From positions 1 to 64,000 of the forward strand of contig NW_026867900.1 of assembly GCF_020745735.1 (NCBI RefSeq): a stretch of DNA of 64,000 nucleotides, read 5' to 3'. Positions 1-15,500 of this stretch are shown here, piece by piece (position 1 is the stretch's first letter; each line of letters starts with the position of its first letter). The stretch is from Hemiscyllium ocellatum (lineage: Eukaryota). The translations under genes and the position numbers were made by a program. A model generated the notes under the pieces. That model saw only the letters and a program-made list of their open reading frames with translations, ran no database searches and was not told the DNA's origin.

Positions 1-60
1 CAGTTTTGTTCCCCTCCCTTGCCCTCTGCCGATGGCTGACCCTTCACTGATTCTCTGCAG

Positions 61-1653
61 GAAGAACGAGATGGAGTTGGAGTTGGAGAGAGGAAGGATA
101 GAGCGGGACACACTCAGCCATCAGCTACTGAGGACCATCGAGCAGAAGATCGAGCTGGCACAGCAACTGGAGGACTGGCAGGTCAGAGAGCTCTGAGAGA
201 GGCGATTACTGAGGGTACCTCCGATCGCCCTACTCCCACCCTCTCTCTCTCTCTGTCTCCCACCCTCTGTCTCTCTCTCTCTGTCACTCACCATCTCTCT
301 CTCCGTCCGATCGCCCCAGGCCCTGCACCCGCCCACACTGTCACCCTCCCCCCCCCCACACTGTCCCCCTTCCCCCCCACACTGTCCCCCTCCCCCCCAC
401 ACTGTCCCCATCCCCCCCCACACTGTCCCCCTCCCCCCACACTGTCCCCTCCCCCCACACTGTCCCCCCACACACTGTCCCCCTCCCCCCACACTGTCCC
501 CTTCCCCCCCACACTGTCCCCCCTCCCCCCGACACTGTCCCCCCTCCACACTGTCCCCACACCCCCACACTGTCCCCCTCCCCCCCACACTGTCCCCATC
601 CCCCCCCACACTGTCCCCCTCCCCCCCACACTGTCCCCCCCCACACTGTCCCCCTCCCCCCACACTGTCCCCCCTCCCCCCCCACACTGTCCCCCTCCCC
701 CCGACACTGTCCCCCCATCCCCCCACAGTCCCCCTCCACCCCACACTGTCCCCCATCCCCCCCACACTGTCCCCCCTCCCCCCCACACTGTCCCCACCCC
801 CCCACACTGTCCCCCTCCCCCCCACACTGTCCCCCTGTAGCCCCCTACACCCCCTCCCTACCTCTGTAACCCCCTACACCCCCTCCCTATCCCTGTAACT
901 ACACCCCCTCCCTATCTCTGTAACCCCCCACAACCCCCTCCCTATCCCTGTAACCCCCTACACCCCCTCCCTATCTCTGTAACCCCCTACATCCCCTCCC
1001 TATCCCTGTAACCCCCCTACACACCCCCTCCCTATCTCTGTAACCCCCCTACACCCCCTCCCTATCTCCGTAACCCCCTACACCCCCTCCCTATCCCTGT
1101 AACCCCCTACACCCCCTCCCTATCTCTGTAACCCCCTACACCCCCTCCCTATCCCTGTAACCCCCCTACACCCCCTCCCTATCTCTGTAACCCCCCTACA
1201 CCCCCTCCCTATCCCTGTAACCCCCTACACCCCCTCCCTATCCCTGTAACCCCCTACACCCCCTCCCTATCCCTGTAACCCCCTAAACCCCCTCCCTATC
1301 ACTGTAACCCCTACACCCCCTCCCTATCTCTGTAATCCCCCTACACCCCCTCCCTATCCCTGTAACCCCCCTACACCCCCTCCCTATCCCTGTAACCCCC
1401 CCCACACCCCCTCCCTATCCCTGTAACCCCCCCCACACCCCCTCCCTATCCCTGTAACCCCCCACACCCCCTCCCTATCCCTGTAACCCCCCCCCACACC
1501 CCCTCCCTATCCCTGTAACCCCCCTCCACCCCATTTGGGAGATGAAGATTCCTGGCGATTCAGGGAGTTTACCACAACACCCCGGAGTGAGAGAGCCCCG
1601 AGCAGAAACTAAACCGTCCTGGGGTTCGAACCCAGTTACCGGAGAGAGAGAGC

Positions 1654-1689
<36 letters not shown>

Positions 1690-2050
1690 GAGAGAGAGAG
1701 GATTGGGATCAGCTTCACTGTTGCTAGTTTGGCCGGGCAGGGAACCCAGTGTGGAAATGGCCAAGGATGGTGATGTGTTTTTCTCTCTCTCTCTCCCCCC
1801 CGCCCACCCAACTCCGTTCCTCCAATCTCCCCCATCCCTCGACCCTCTGAACCCACCCCCCGCTCCACGCCTGACCCTTTCTCCCTCGCCCCCCTCGCAG
1901 GAGGACATGCAGGTTGTCATCGGGCAGCAGCTGAGGAGCCAGCAGCAGCAGGAGGAGGGCCGAACGGCCTCGGCCAGCAGCCCGGAGAAGGGCAGAGCGG
2001 CCTCCGCCCGGCAGTCTGGGGGGCTCTTCCTGAGGTTCAGGAAGAGATGA
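61..2050 (+). CDS. BICDL2: BICD family-like cargo adaptor 2 (CCDC64B), last two coding exons 61-181 and 1901-2050; 5' part lies outside the window
   Basis: ctgcag|61 ...181|gtcaga and tcgcag|1901...tga 2050 join in frame: KNEMELELERGRIERDTLSHQLLRTIEQKIELAQQLEDWQ/EDMQVVIGQQLRSQQQQEEG...FLRFRKR*. WQ-xDMQVVIGQQLRSQ matches the BICDL2 C-terminal coiled coil rather than BICDL1 (WQDDMHRVIDRQL). THOC6 and HCFC1R1, human BICDL2 neighbours, are in the window. Confidence 0.9.
333..836. repeat. ~19-20 bp C-rich minisatellite (CCCCCACACTGTCCCCCT)n in BICDL2 last intron
   Basis: Directly visible tandem units with core ACACTGTCCCC. Confidence 0.95.
835..1530. repeat. ~30 bp minisatellite family C (CCCCTACACCCCCTCCCTATCCCTGTAA)n
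   Basis: Tandem units; same family at 25555-26385 and inverted at 35070-35455. Confidence 0.95.
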
Positions 2051-2367
2051 GCGGGTTGGCGTTTGGGGGAGCGGGTGGGAGGGGGAGCCGGGGGTGGTTG
2101 GGGGGAACGTGTTTCGAGGTTTGGGGGGGAGCGGAGTACAGACCCTGACCTCCCTCTCTGCCCAGCCTGGGCTGACCGATTGGGTGAGGCGATGCCTAGC
2201 TGCTCCCTGGGCTCCCAGACCCTCCTCCCCGTTCCCGGCGAGGGTCCTGGACACTGGTACACACCCAGACCACCCTGGACCTTTCTCCTTCCCACTCGCC
2301 AATCTGGCACCCGCTCCCCAGAGAAACAGACTCAACAAGCACTGACAACAGAGCTGGGCTTGGGTTG

Positions 2368-3243
2368 GGGTCCATCGGGGACGGTGTAGAGCGGGAGGGA
2401 ACGGGGAAGGGGTTTGGGGTCCATCGGGGACGGTGTAGAGTGGGAGGGAACGGGGAAGGGGTTTGGGGTCCCATTGGGGGACGGTGTAGAGCGGGAGGGA
2501 ACGGGGACGGGGTTTGGGGTCCATCGGGGACGGTGTAGAGCGGGAGGGAACGGGGACGGGGTTTGGGGTCCCATTGGGGGACGGTGTAGAGCGGGAGGGA
2601 ACGGGGAAGGGGTTTGGGGTCCATCGGGGACGGTGTAGAGCGGGAGGGAACGGGGAAGGGGTTTGGGGTCCATGGGGGACGGTGTAGAGCGGGAGGGAAC
2701 GGGGAAGGGGTTTGGGGTCCATGGGGGACGGTGTAGAGCGGGAGGGAACGGGGAAGGGGTTTGGGTCCCATCGGGGACGGTGTAGAGCGGGAGGGAACGG
2801 GGAAGGGATTTGGGGTCCCATGGGGGACGGTGTAGAGCGGGAGGGAACGGGGAAGGGGTTTGGGGTCCCATCGGGGACGGTGTAGAGCGGGAGGGAACGG
2901 GGAAGGGGTTTGGGGTCCATGGGGGATGGTGTAGAGCGGGAGGGAACGGGGAAAGGGTTTGGGGTCCATGGGGGATGGTGTAGAGCGGGAGGGAACGGGG
3001 AAGGGGTTTGGGGTCCCATGGGGGATGGTGTAGAGCGGGAGGGAACGGGGAAGGGGTTTGGGGTCCATGGGGGATGGTGTAGAGCGGGAGGGAACGGGGA
3101 AGGGGTTTGGGGTCCCATGGGGGATGGTGTAGAGCGGGAGGGAACGGGGAAGGGGTTTGGGGTCCATGGGGGATGGTGTAGAGCGGGAGGGAACGGGGAA
3201 AGGGTTTGGGGTCCCATGGGGGACGGTGTAGAGCGGGAGGGAA
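2368..3243 (+). repeat. 48-50 bp G-rich minisatellite family B (GGGGACGGTGTAGAGCGGGAGGGAACGGGGAAGGGGTTTGGGGTCCAT)n, ~18 copies, probably in the BICDL2 3' UTR
   Basis: Tandem units ~320 bp after the BICDL2 stop; candidate ATTAAA poly(A) signal at 3312-3317. Confidence 0.95.
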
Positions 3244-3529
3244 TGAAATTTAAACTATTTATTGACGTTTGTGAAGAAATAGCTGTACAGAGGGAAATGA
3301 AAATGTTTCTAATTAAATGCCGTTTTTGTATCACAGCTTTGATGGTCATGCTACTCTCCTCAAGCCCTTCCCCGCTGTCTCTGACCGTCAGACCCATGCC
3401 CTCTGGATCTCCCTCCCCCCTCAGACACCCCCCCACACCTTCGGGGTGGAAGTTCTGTCCCTACACCGGGGATGCGTGGGGGCACAGGGGGTTCAAGACC
3501 TACCTGCACCAGCTGACGGTCGTTCTGTG

Positions 3530-6500
3530 TCTGAAACACAGACCCATTTGGAGAAGGCGCAGCACGGAGACAGGCCATTCGGCCCATCTCGGCCGTGCCG
3601 AGCTGATATCCTGAAGCAATCGGGTCCCGTTTGTCAGCTGCATCCCACTGGACATTTCATGTTCACGCCCCCACCCCACCATCCAGACGCCTTGTCAATG
3701 CTGTCATTGTACCAGACTACACCACTTCCTCTGGCAGCTCATTCCATACGCATACCACCCTCGCTATTAAACCTTTCCCCCAGCCAACTCAAAACCATGT
3801 CCCTCTAGTTTTAGACTCCCCTACTCTGGGGAAAGGCCATTTACCCTCTTATAAACCTCGATAAGGTCACCCCTCCAACCTCTGACACTCCCTGTAGCTC
3901 CCAACCCTCCCTCGTCCTTGTAAATCTTTTCTGATGCCTCTCACAACATCCTCCCTGTAGCAGAGAGACCGGAATCAAACGCATCATTCCCAAAGTGGCC
4001 CTGACTCCAATACAGCTACAACGTGACCCTCCCAACTCCTACACTCGACGCACTGACCGATACAGCCACAACGTGACCCTCCCAACTCCTACACTCAACA
4101 CACTGACCGATACAGCTACAACGTGACCCTCCCAACTCCTACACTCAACGCACTGACCAATACAGCCACAACGTGACCCTCCCAACCCCTACACTCAACA
4201 CACTGACCGATACAGCCACAACGTGACCCTCCCAACCCCTACACTCAACGCACTGACCAATACAGCCACAACGTGACCCTCCCAACTCCGACACTCAACA
4301 CACTGACCGATACAGCCACAACGTGACCCTCCCAACTCCTACACTCAACGCACTGACCGATACAGCCACAACGTGACCTCCCAACTCCTACACTCAACGC
4401 ACTGACCGATACAGCCACAACATGACCCTCCCAACTCCTACACTCAACGCACTGACCGATACAGCCACAACGTGACCCTCCCAACTCCTACACTCAACGC
4501 ACTGACCGATACAGCCACAACGTGACCCTCCCAACTCCTACACTCAACGCACTGACCGATACAGCCACAACGTGACCCTCCCAATTCCTACACTCAACAC
4601 ACTGACCGATACAGCTACAACGTGACCCTCCCAATTCCTACACTCAACGCACTGACCGATACAGCCACAACGTGACCCTCCCAACTCCTACACTCCACGC
4701 ACTGACCAATACAGCCACAACGTGACCCTCCCAACTCTTACACTCAACACACTGACCAATACAGCCACAACGTGACCCTCCCAACTCCTACACTCAACGC
4801 ACTGACCGATACAGCCACAACGTGACCCTCCCAACCCCTACACTCAACACACTGACCAATACAACCACAACGTGACCCTCCCAACTCCTACACTCAACGC
4901 ACTGACCGATACAGCCACAACGTGACCCTCCCAACTCCTACACTCAACACACTGACCAATACAGCCACAACGTGACCCTCCCAACTCCTACACTCAACGC
5001 ACTGACCAATACAGCCACAACGTGACCCTCCCAACTCCTACACTCCACGCACTGACCAATACAGCCACAACGTGACCCTCCCAACTCTTACACTCAACAC
5101 ACTGACCGATACAGCCACAACGTGACCCTCCCAACTCCTACACTCAACGCACTGACCGATACAGCCACAACGTGACCCTCCCAACCCCTACACTCATCAC
5201 ACTGACCAATACAGCCACAACGTGACCCTCCCAACTCCTACACTCAACACACTGACCGATACAGCCACAACGTGACCCTCCCAACCCCTACACTCAACAC
5301 ACTGACCAATACAGCCACGTGACCCTCCCAACTCCTACACTCAACGCACTGACCGATACAGCCACAACGTGACCCTCCCAACTCCTACACTCAACACACT
5401 GACCAATACAGCCACAACGTGACCCTCCCAACTCCTACACTCAACACACTGACCAATACAGCCACAACGTGACCCTCCCAACTCCTACACTCAACGCACT
5501 GACCAATACAGCCACAACGTGACCCTCCCAACTCCTACACTCCACGCACTGACCAATACAGCCACAACGTGACCCTCCCAACTCTTACACTCAACACACT
5601 GACCAATACAGCCACAACGTGACCCTCCCAACTCCTACACTCAACGCACTGACCGATACAGCCACAACGTGACCCTCCCAACCCCTACACTCAACACACT
5701 GACCAATACAGCCACAACGTGACCCTCCCAACTCCTACACTCAACACACTGACCAATACAGCCACAACGTGACCCTCCCAACTCCTACACTCAACACACT
5801 GACCGATACAGCCACAACGTGACCCTCCCAACTCCTACACTCAACGCACTGACCGATACAGCCACAACGTGACCCTCCCAACTCCTACACTCAACACACT
5901 GACCAATACAGCCACAACGTGACCCTCCCAACTCCGACACTCAACGCACTGACCAATACAGCCACAACGTGACCCTCCCAACTCCTACACTCAACGCACT
6001 GACCAATACAGCCACAACGTGACCTCCCAACTCCTACACTCAACGCACTGACCAATACAGCCACAACGTGACCCTCCCAACTCTTACACTCAACACACTG
6101 ACCAATACAGCCACAACGTGACCTCCCAACTCCTACACTCAACGCACTGACCAATACAGCCACAACGTGACCCTCCCAACTCCTACACTCAACGCACTGA
6201 CCAATACAGCCACAACGTGACCCTCCCAACTCCTACACTCAACGCACTGACCGATACAGACACAACGTGACCCTCCCAACTCCTACACTCAACACACTGA
6301 CCGATACAGCCACATGACCCTCCCAACTCCTACACTCAACACACTGACCAATACAGCCACAACGTGACCCTCCCAACTCCTACACTCAACACACTGACCG
6401 ATACAGCCACAACATGACCCTCCCAACTCCGACACTCAACGCACTGACCAATACAGCCACAACGTGACCCTCCCAACTCCTACACTCAACGCACTGACCG

Positions 6501-9500
6501 ATACAGACACAACGTGACCCTCCCAACTCCTACACTCAACGCACTGACCGATACAGCCACAACGTGACCCTCCCAACTCCTACACTCAACGCACTGACCG
6601 ATACAGTCACAACGTGACCCTCCCAAATCCTACACTCAACGCACTGACCGATACAGCCACAACGTGACCCTCCCAACTCCTACACTCAACGCACTGACCA
6701 ATACAGCCACAACGTGACCCTCCCAACTCCTACACTCAACACACTGACCAATACAGCAACAACGTGACCCTCCCAACTCCTACACTCAACACACTGACCG
6801 ATACTGCCACATGACCCTCCCAACTCCTACACTCAACACACTGACCCATACAGCCACAACGTGACCCTCCCAACTCCTACACTCAACGCACTGACCAATA
6901 CAGCCACAACGTGACCCTCCCAACTCCGACACTCAACGCACTGACCAATACAGCCACAACGTGACCCTCCCAACTCCTACACTCAACGCACTGACCAATA
7001 CAGCCACAACGTGACCTCCCAACTCCTACACTCAACGCACTGACCAATACAGCCACAACGTGACCCTCCCAACTCTTACACTCAACACACTGACCAATAC
7101 AGCCACAACGTGACCTCCCAACTCCTACACTCAACGCACTGACCAATACAGCCACAACGTGACCCTCCCAACTCCTACACTCAACGCACTGACCAATACA
7201 GCCACAACGTGACCCTCCCAACTCCTACACTCAACGCACTGACCGATACAGACACAACGTGACCCTCCCAACTCCTACACTCAACACACTGACCGATACA
7301 GCCACATGACCCTCCCAACTCCTACACTCAACACACTGACCAATACAGCCACAACGTGACCCTCCCAACTCCTACACTCAACGCACTGACCGATACAGCC
7401 ACAACGTGACCCTCCCAACTCCTACACTCAACGCACTGACCGATACAGACACAACGTGACCCTCCCAACTCCTACACTCAACGCACTGACCGATACAGCC
7501 ACAACGTGACCCTCCCAACTCCTACACTCAACGCACTTACCGATACAGTCACAACGTGACCCTCCCAACTCCTACACTCAACGCACTGACCGATACAGCC
7601 ACAACGTGACCCTCCCAACTCCTACACTCAACGCACTGACCAATACAGCCACAACGTGACCCTCCCAACTCCTACACTCAACACACTGACCAATACAGCC
7701 ACAACGTGACCCTCCCAACTCCTACACTCAACGCACTGACCGATACTGCCACATGACCCTCCCAACTCCTACACTCAACACACTGACCAATACAGCCACA
7801 ACGTGACCCACCCAACTCCTACACTCAACGCACTGACCAATACAGCCACAACGTGACCCTCCCAACTCCTACACTCAACGCACTGACCAATACAGCCACA
7901 ACGTGACCCTCCCAACTCCTACACTCAACACACTGACCAATACAGCCACAACGTGACCCTCCCAACTCCTACACTCAACGCACTGACCAATATAGCCACA
8001 ACGTGACCCTCCCAACTCCTACACTCAACGCACTGACCAATACAGCCACAAAGTGACCCTCCCAACTCCTACACTCAACGCACTGACCGATACAGCCACA
8101 ACGTGACCCTCCCAACCCCTACACTCAACACACTGACCAATACAACCACAACGTGACCCTCCCAACTCCTACACTCAACACACTGACCAATACAGCAACA
8201 ACGTGACCCTCCCAACTCCTACACTCAACACACTGACCTATACAGCCACAACGTGACCCTCCCAACTCCTACACTCAACGCACTGACCGATACAGCCACA
8301 ACGTGACCCTCCCAACTCCTACACTCAACACACTGACCAATACAGCCACAACGTGACCCTCCCAACTCCTACACTCAACGCACTGACCAATACAGCCACA
8401 ACGTGACCCTCCCAACTCCTACACTCAACACACTGACCGATACAGCCACAACGTGACCCTCCCAACCCCTACACTCAACACACTGACCGATACAGCCACA
8501 ACGTGACCCTCCCAACTCCTACACTCAACACACTGACCAATACAGCCACAACGTGACCCTCCCAACTCCTACACTCAACACACTGACCAATACAGCCACA
8601 ACGTGACCCTCCCAACTCCTACACTCAACGCACTGACCAATACAGCCACAACGTGACCCTCCCAACTCCTACACTCCACGCACTGACCAATACAGCCACA
8701 ACGTGACCCTCCCAACTCTTACACTCAACACACTGACCGATACAGCCACAACGTGACCCTCCCAACTCCTACACTCAACGCACTGACCGATACAGCCACA
8801 ACGTGACCCTCCCAACCCCTACACTCAACACACTGACCAATACAGCCACAACGTGACCCTCCCAACTCCTACACTCAACACACTGACCAATACAGCCACA
8901 ACGTGACCCTCCCAACTCCTACACTCAACACACTGACCGATACAGCCACAACGTGACCCTCCCAACTCCTACACTCAACGCACTGACCGATACAGCCACA
9001 ACGTGACCCTCCCAACTCCTACACTCAACGCACTGACCGATACAGACACAACGTGACCCTCCCAACTCCTACACTCAACACACTGACCAATACAGCCACA
9101 ACGTGACCCTCCCAACTCCTACACTCAACGCACTGACCAATACAGCCACAACGTGACCCTCCCAACTCCTACACTCCACGTACTGACCAATACAGCCACA
9201 ACGTGACCCTCCCAACTCTTACACTCAACACACTGACCAATACAGCCACGTGACCCTCCCAACTCCTACACTCAACGCACTGACCGATACAGACACAACG
9301 TGACCCTCCCAACTCCTACACTCAACACACTGACCAATACAGCCACAACGTGACCCTCCCAACTCCTACACTCAACACACTGACCGATACAGCCACAACG
9401 TGACCCTCCCAACTCCTACACTCAACGCACTGACCAATACAGCCACAAAGTGACCCTCCCAACTCCTACACTCAACGCACTGACCGATACAGCCACAACG

Positions 9501-12500
9501 TGACCCTCCCAACCCCTACACTCAACACACTGACCAATACAACCACAACGTGACCCTCCCAACTCCTACACTCAACACACTGACCGATACAGCAACAACG
9601 TGACCCTCCCAACTCCTACACTCAACACACTGACCAATACAGCCACAACGTGACCCTCCCAACTCCTACACTCAACGCACTAACCAATACAGCCACAACG
9701 TGACCCTCCCAACTCCTACACTCAACGCACTGACCAATACAGCCACAACGTGACCCTCCCAACTCCGACACTCAACGCACTGACCAATACAGCCACAACG
9801 TGACCCTCCCAACTCCTACACTCAACGCACTGACCAATACAGCCACAACGTGACCTCCCAACTCCTACACTCAACGCACTGACCAATACAGCCACAACGT
9901 GACCCTCCCAACTCTTACACTCAACACACTGACCAATACAGCCACAACGTGACCTCCCAACTCCTACACTCAACGCACTGACCAATACAGCCACAACGTG
10001 ACCCTCCCAACTCCTACACTCAACGCACTGACCAATACAGCCACAACGTGACCCTCCCAACTCCTACACTCAACGCACTGACCGATACAGACACAACGTG
10101 ACCCTCCCAACTCCTACACTCAACACACTGACCGATACAGCCACATGACCCTCCCAACTCCTACACTCAACACACTGACCAATACAGCCACAACGTGACC
10201 CTCCCAACTCCTACACTCAACACACTGACCGATACAGCCACAACATGACCCTCCCAACTCCTACACTCAACGCACTGACCAATACAGCCACAACGTGACC
10301 CTCCCAACTCCTACACTCAACGCACTGACCGATACAGACACAACGTGACCCTCCCAACTCCTACACTCAACGCACTGACCGATACAGCCACAACGTGACC
10401 CTCCCAACTCCTACACTCAACGCACTGACCGATACAGTCACAACGTGACCCTCCCAACTCCTACACTCAACGCACTGACCAATACAGCCACAACGTGACC
10501 CTCCCAACTCCTACACTCAACACACTGACCAATACAGCCACAACGTGACCCTCCCAACTCCTACACTCAACGCACTGACCGATACTGCCACATGACCCTC
10601 CCAACTCCTACACTCAACACACTGACCAATACAGCCACAACGTGACCCACCCAACTCCTACACTCAACGCACTGACCAATACAGCCACAACGTGACCCTC
10701 CCAACTCCTACACTCAACGCACTGACCAATATAGCCACAACGTGACCCTCCCAACTCCTACACTCAACGCACTGACCAATACAGCCACAAAGTGACCCTC
10801 CCAACTCCTACACTCAACGCACTGACCGATACAGCCACAACGTGACCCTCCCAACCCCGACACTCAACACACTGACCAATACAACCACAACGTGACCCTC
10901 CCAACTCCTACACTCAACACACTGACCAATACAGCAACAACGTGACCCTCCCAACTCCTACACTCAACACACTGACCAATACAGCCACAACGTGACCCTC
11001 CCAACTCCTACACTCAACACACTGACCGATACAGCCACAACGTGACCCTCCCAACTCCTACACTCCACGCACTGACCAATACAGCCACAACGTGACCCTC
11101 CCAACTCTTACACTCAACACACTGACCAATACAGCCACAACGTGACCCTCCCAACTCCTACACTCAACGCACTGACCGATACAGCCACAACGTGACCCTC
11201 CCAACCCCTGCACTCATCACACTGACCAATACAGCCACAACGTGACCCTCCCAACTCCTACACTCAACACACTGACCGATACAGCCACAACGTGACCCTC
11301 CCAACCCCTACACTCAACACACTGACCAATACAGCCACAACGTGACCCTCCCAACTCCTACACTCAACACACTGACCAATACAGCCACAACGTGACCCTC
11401 CCAACTCCTACACTCAACGCACTGACCAATACAGCCACAACGTGACCCTCCCAACTCCTACACTCCACGCACTGACCAATACAGCCACAACGTGACCCTC
11501 CCAACTCTTACACTCAACACACTGACCAATACAGCCACAACGTGACCCTCCCAACTCCTACACTCAACGCACTGACCGATGCAGCCACAACGTGACCCTC
11601 CCAACCCCTACACTCAACACACTGACCAATACAGCCACAACGTGACCCTCCCAACTCCTACACTCAACACACTGACCAATACAGCCACAACGTGACCCTC
11701 CCAACTCCTACACTCAACACACTGACCGATACAGCCACAACGTGACCCTCCCAACTCCTACACTCAACGCACTGACCGATACAGCCACAACGTGACCCTC
11801 CCAACTCCTACACTCAACACACTGACCGATACAGCCACAACGTGACCCTCCCAACTCCTACACTCAACACACTGACCAATACAGCCACAACGTGACCCTC
11901 CCAACTCCTACACTCAACGCACTGACCGATACAGCCACAACGTGACCCTCCCAACCCCTACACTCAACACACTGACCAATACAGCCACAACGTGACCCTC
12001 CCAACTCCTACACTCAACACACTGACCAATACAGCCACAACGTGACCCTCCCAACTCCTACACTCAACACACTGACCGATACAGCCACAACGTGACCCTC
12101 CCAACTCCTACACTCAACGCACTGACCGATACAGCCACAACGTGACCCTCCCAACTCCTACACTCAACACACTGACCAATACAGCCACAACGTGACCCTC
12201 CCAACTCCGACACTCAACGCACTGACCAATACAGCCACAACGTGACCCTCCCAACTCCTACACTCAACGCACTGACCAATACAGCCACAACGTGACCTCC
12301 CAACTCCTACACTCAACGCACTGACCAATACAGCCACAACGTGACCCTCCCAACTCTTACACTCAACACACTGACCAATACAGCCACAACGTGACCTCCC
12401 AACTCCTACACTCAACGCACTGACCAATACAGCCACAACGTGACCCTCCCAACTCCTACACTCAACGCACTGACCAATACAGCCACAACGTGACCCTCCC

Positions 12501-15500
12501 AACTCCTACACTCAACGCACTGACCGATACAGACACAACGTGACCCTCCCAACTCCTACACTCAACACACTGACCGATACAGCCACATGACCCTCCCAAC
12601 TCCTACACTCAACACACTGACCAATACAGCCACAACGTGACCCTCCCAACTCCTACACTCAACACACTGACCGATACAGCCACAACATGACCCTCCCAAC
12701 TCCGACACTCAACGCACTGACCAATACAGCCACAACGTGACCCTCCCAACTCCTACACTCAACGCACTGACCGATACAGACACAACGTGACCCTCCCAAC
12801 TCCTACACTCAACGCACTGACCGATACAGCCACAACGTGACCCTCCCAACTCCTACACTCAACGCACTGACCGATACAGTCACAACGTGACCCTCCCAAA
12901 TCCTACACTCAACGCACTGACCGATACAGCCACAACGTGACCCTCCCAACTCCTACACTCAACGCACTGACCAATACAGCCACAACGTGACCCTCCCAAC
13001 TCCTACACTCAACACACTGACCAATACAGCAACAACGTGACCCTCCCAACTCCTACACTCAACACACTGACCGATACTGCCACATGACCCTCCCAACTCC
13101 TACACTCAACACACTGACCCATACAGCCACAACGTGACCCTCCCAACTCCTACACTCAACGCACTGACCAATACAGCCACAACGTGACCCTCCCAACTCC
13201 GACACTCAACGCACTGACCAATACAGCCACAACGTGACCCTCCCAACTCCTACACTCAACGCACTGACCAATACAGCCACAACGTGACCTCCCAACTCCT
13301 ACACTCAACGCACTGACCAATACAGCCACAACGTGACCCTCCCAACTCTTACACTCAACACACTGACCAATACAGCCACAACGTGACCTCCCAACTCCTA
13401 CACTCAACGCACTGACCAATACAGCCACAACGTGACCCTCCCAACTCCTACACTCAACGCACTGACCAATACAGCCACAACGTGACCCTCCCAACTCCTA
13501 CACTCAACGCACTGACCGATACAGACACAACGTGACCCTCCCAACTCCTACACTCAACACACTGACCGATACAGCCACATGACCCTCCCAACTCCTACAC
13601 TCAACACACTGACCAATACAGCCACAACGTGACCCTCCCAACTCCTACACTCAACGCACTGACCGATACAGCCACAACGTGACCCTCCCAACTCCTACAC
13701 TCAACGCACTGACCGATACAGACACAACGTGACCCTCCCAACTCCTACACTCAACGCACTGACCGATACAGCCACAACGTGACCCTCCCAACTCCTACAC
13801 TCAACGCACTTACCGATACAGTCACAACGTGACCCTCCCAACTCCTACACTCAACGCACTGACCGATACAGCCACAACGTGACCCTCCCAACTCCTACAC
13901 TCAACGCACTGACCAATACAGCCACAACGTGACCCTCCCAACTCCTACACTCAACACACTGACCAATACAGCCACAACGTGACCCTCCCAACTCCTACAC
14001 TCAACGCACTGACCGATACTGCCACATGACCCTCCCAACTCCTACACTCAACACACTGACCAATACAGCCACAACGTGACCCACCCAACTCCTACACTCA
14101 ACGCACTGACCAATACAGCCACAACGTGACCCTCCCAACTCCTACACTCAACGCACTGACCAATACAGCCACAACGTGACCCTCCAACTCCTACACTCAA
14201 CACACTGACCAATACAGCCACAACGTGACCCTCCCAACTCCTACACTCAACGCACTGACCAATATAGCCACAACGTGACCCTCCCAACTCCTACACTCAA
14301 CGCACTGACCAATACAGCCACAAAGTGACCCTCCCAACTCCTACACTCAACGCACTGACCGATACAGCCACAACGTGACCCTCCCAACCCCTACACTCAA
14401 CACACTGACCAATACAACCACAACGTGACCCTCCCAACTCCTACACTCAACACACTGACCAATACAGCAACAACGTGACCCTCCCAACTCCTACACTCAA
14501 CACACTGACCAATACAGCCACAACGTGACCCTCCCAACTCCTACACTCAACGCACTGACCGATACAGCCACAACGTGACCCTCCCAACTCCTACACTCAA
14601 CACACTGACCAATACAGCCACAACGTGACCCTCCCAACTCCTACACTCAACGCACTGACCAATACAGCCACAACGTGACCCTCCCAACTCCTACACTCAA
14701 CACACTGACCGATACAGCCACAACGTGACCCTCCCAACCCCTACACTCAACACACTGACCGATACAGCCACAACGTGACCCTCCCAACTCCTACACTCAA
14801 CACACTGACCAATACAGCCACAACGTGACCCTCCCAACTCCTACACTCAACACACTGACCAATACAGCCACAACGTGACCCTCCCAACTCCTACACTCAA
14901 CGCACTGACCAATACAGCCACAACGTGACCCTCCCAACTCCTACACTCCACGCACTGACCAATACAGCCACAACGTGACCCTCCCAACTCTTACACTCAA
15001 CACACTGACCAATACAGCCACAACGTGACCCTCCCAACTCCTACACTCAACGCACTGACCGATACAGCCACAACGTGACCCTCCCAACCCCTACACTCAA
15101 CACACTGACCAATACAGCCACAACGTGACCCTCCCAACTCCTACACTCAACACACTGACCAATACAGCCACAACGTGACCCTCCAACTCCTACACTCAAC
15201 ACACTGACCGATACAGCCACAACGTGACCCTCCCAACTCCTACACTCAACGCACTGACCGATACAGCCACAACGTGACCCTCCCAACTCCTACACTCAAC
15301 ACACTGACCGATACAGCCACAACGTGACCCTCCCAACTCCTACACTCAACACACTGACCAATACAGCCACAACGTGACCCTCCCAACTCCTACACTCAAC
15401 GCACTGACCAATACAGCCACAACGTGACCCTCCCAACTCCTACACTCCACGCACTGACCAATACAGCCACAACGTGACCCTCCCAACTCTTACACTCAAC

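Noticed and set aside
121-3614. Long Gly- or Pro-rich ORFs (234, 570, 323 aa)
   Set aside because: Translations of minisatellites open in several frames; they overlap BICDL2 intron/UTR
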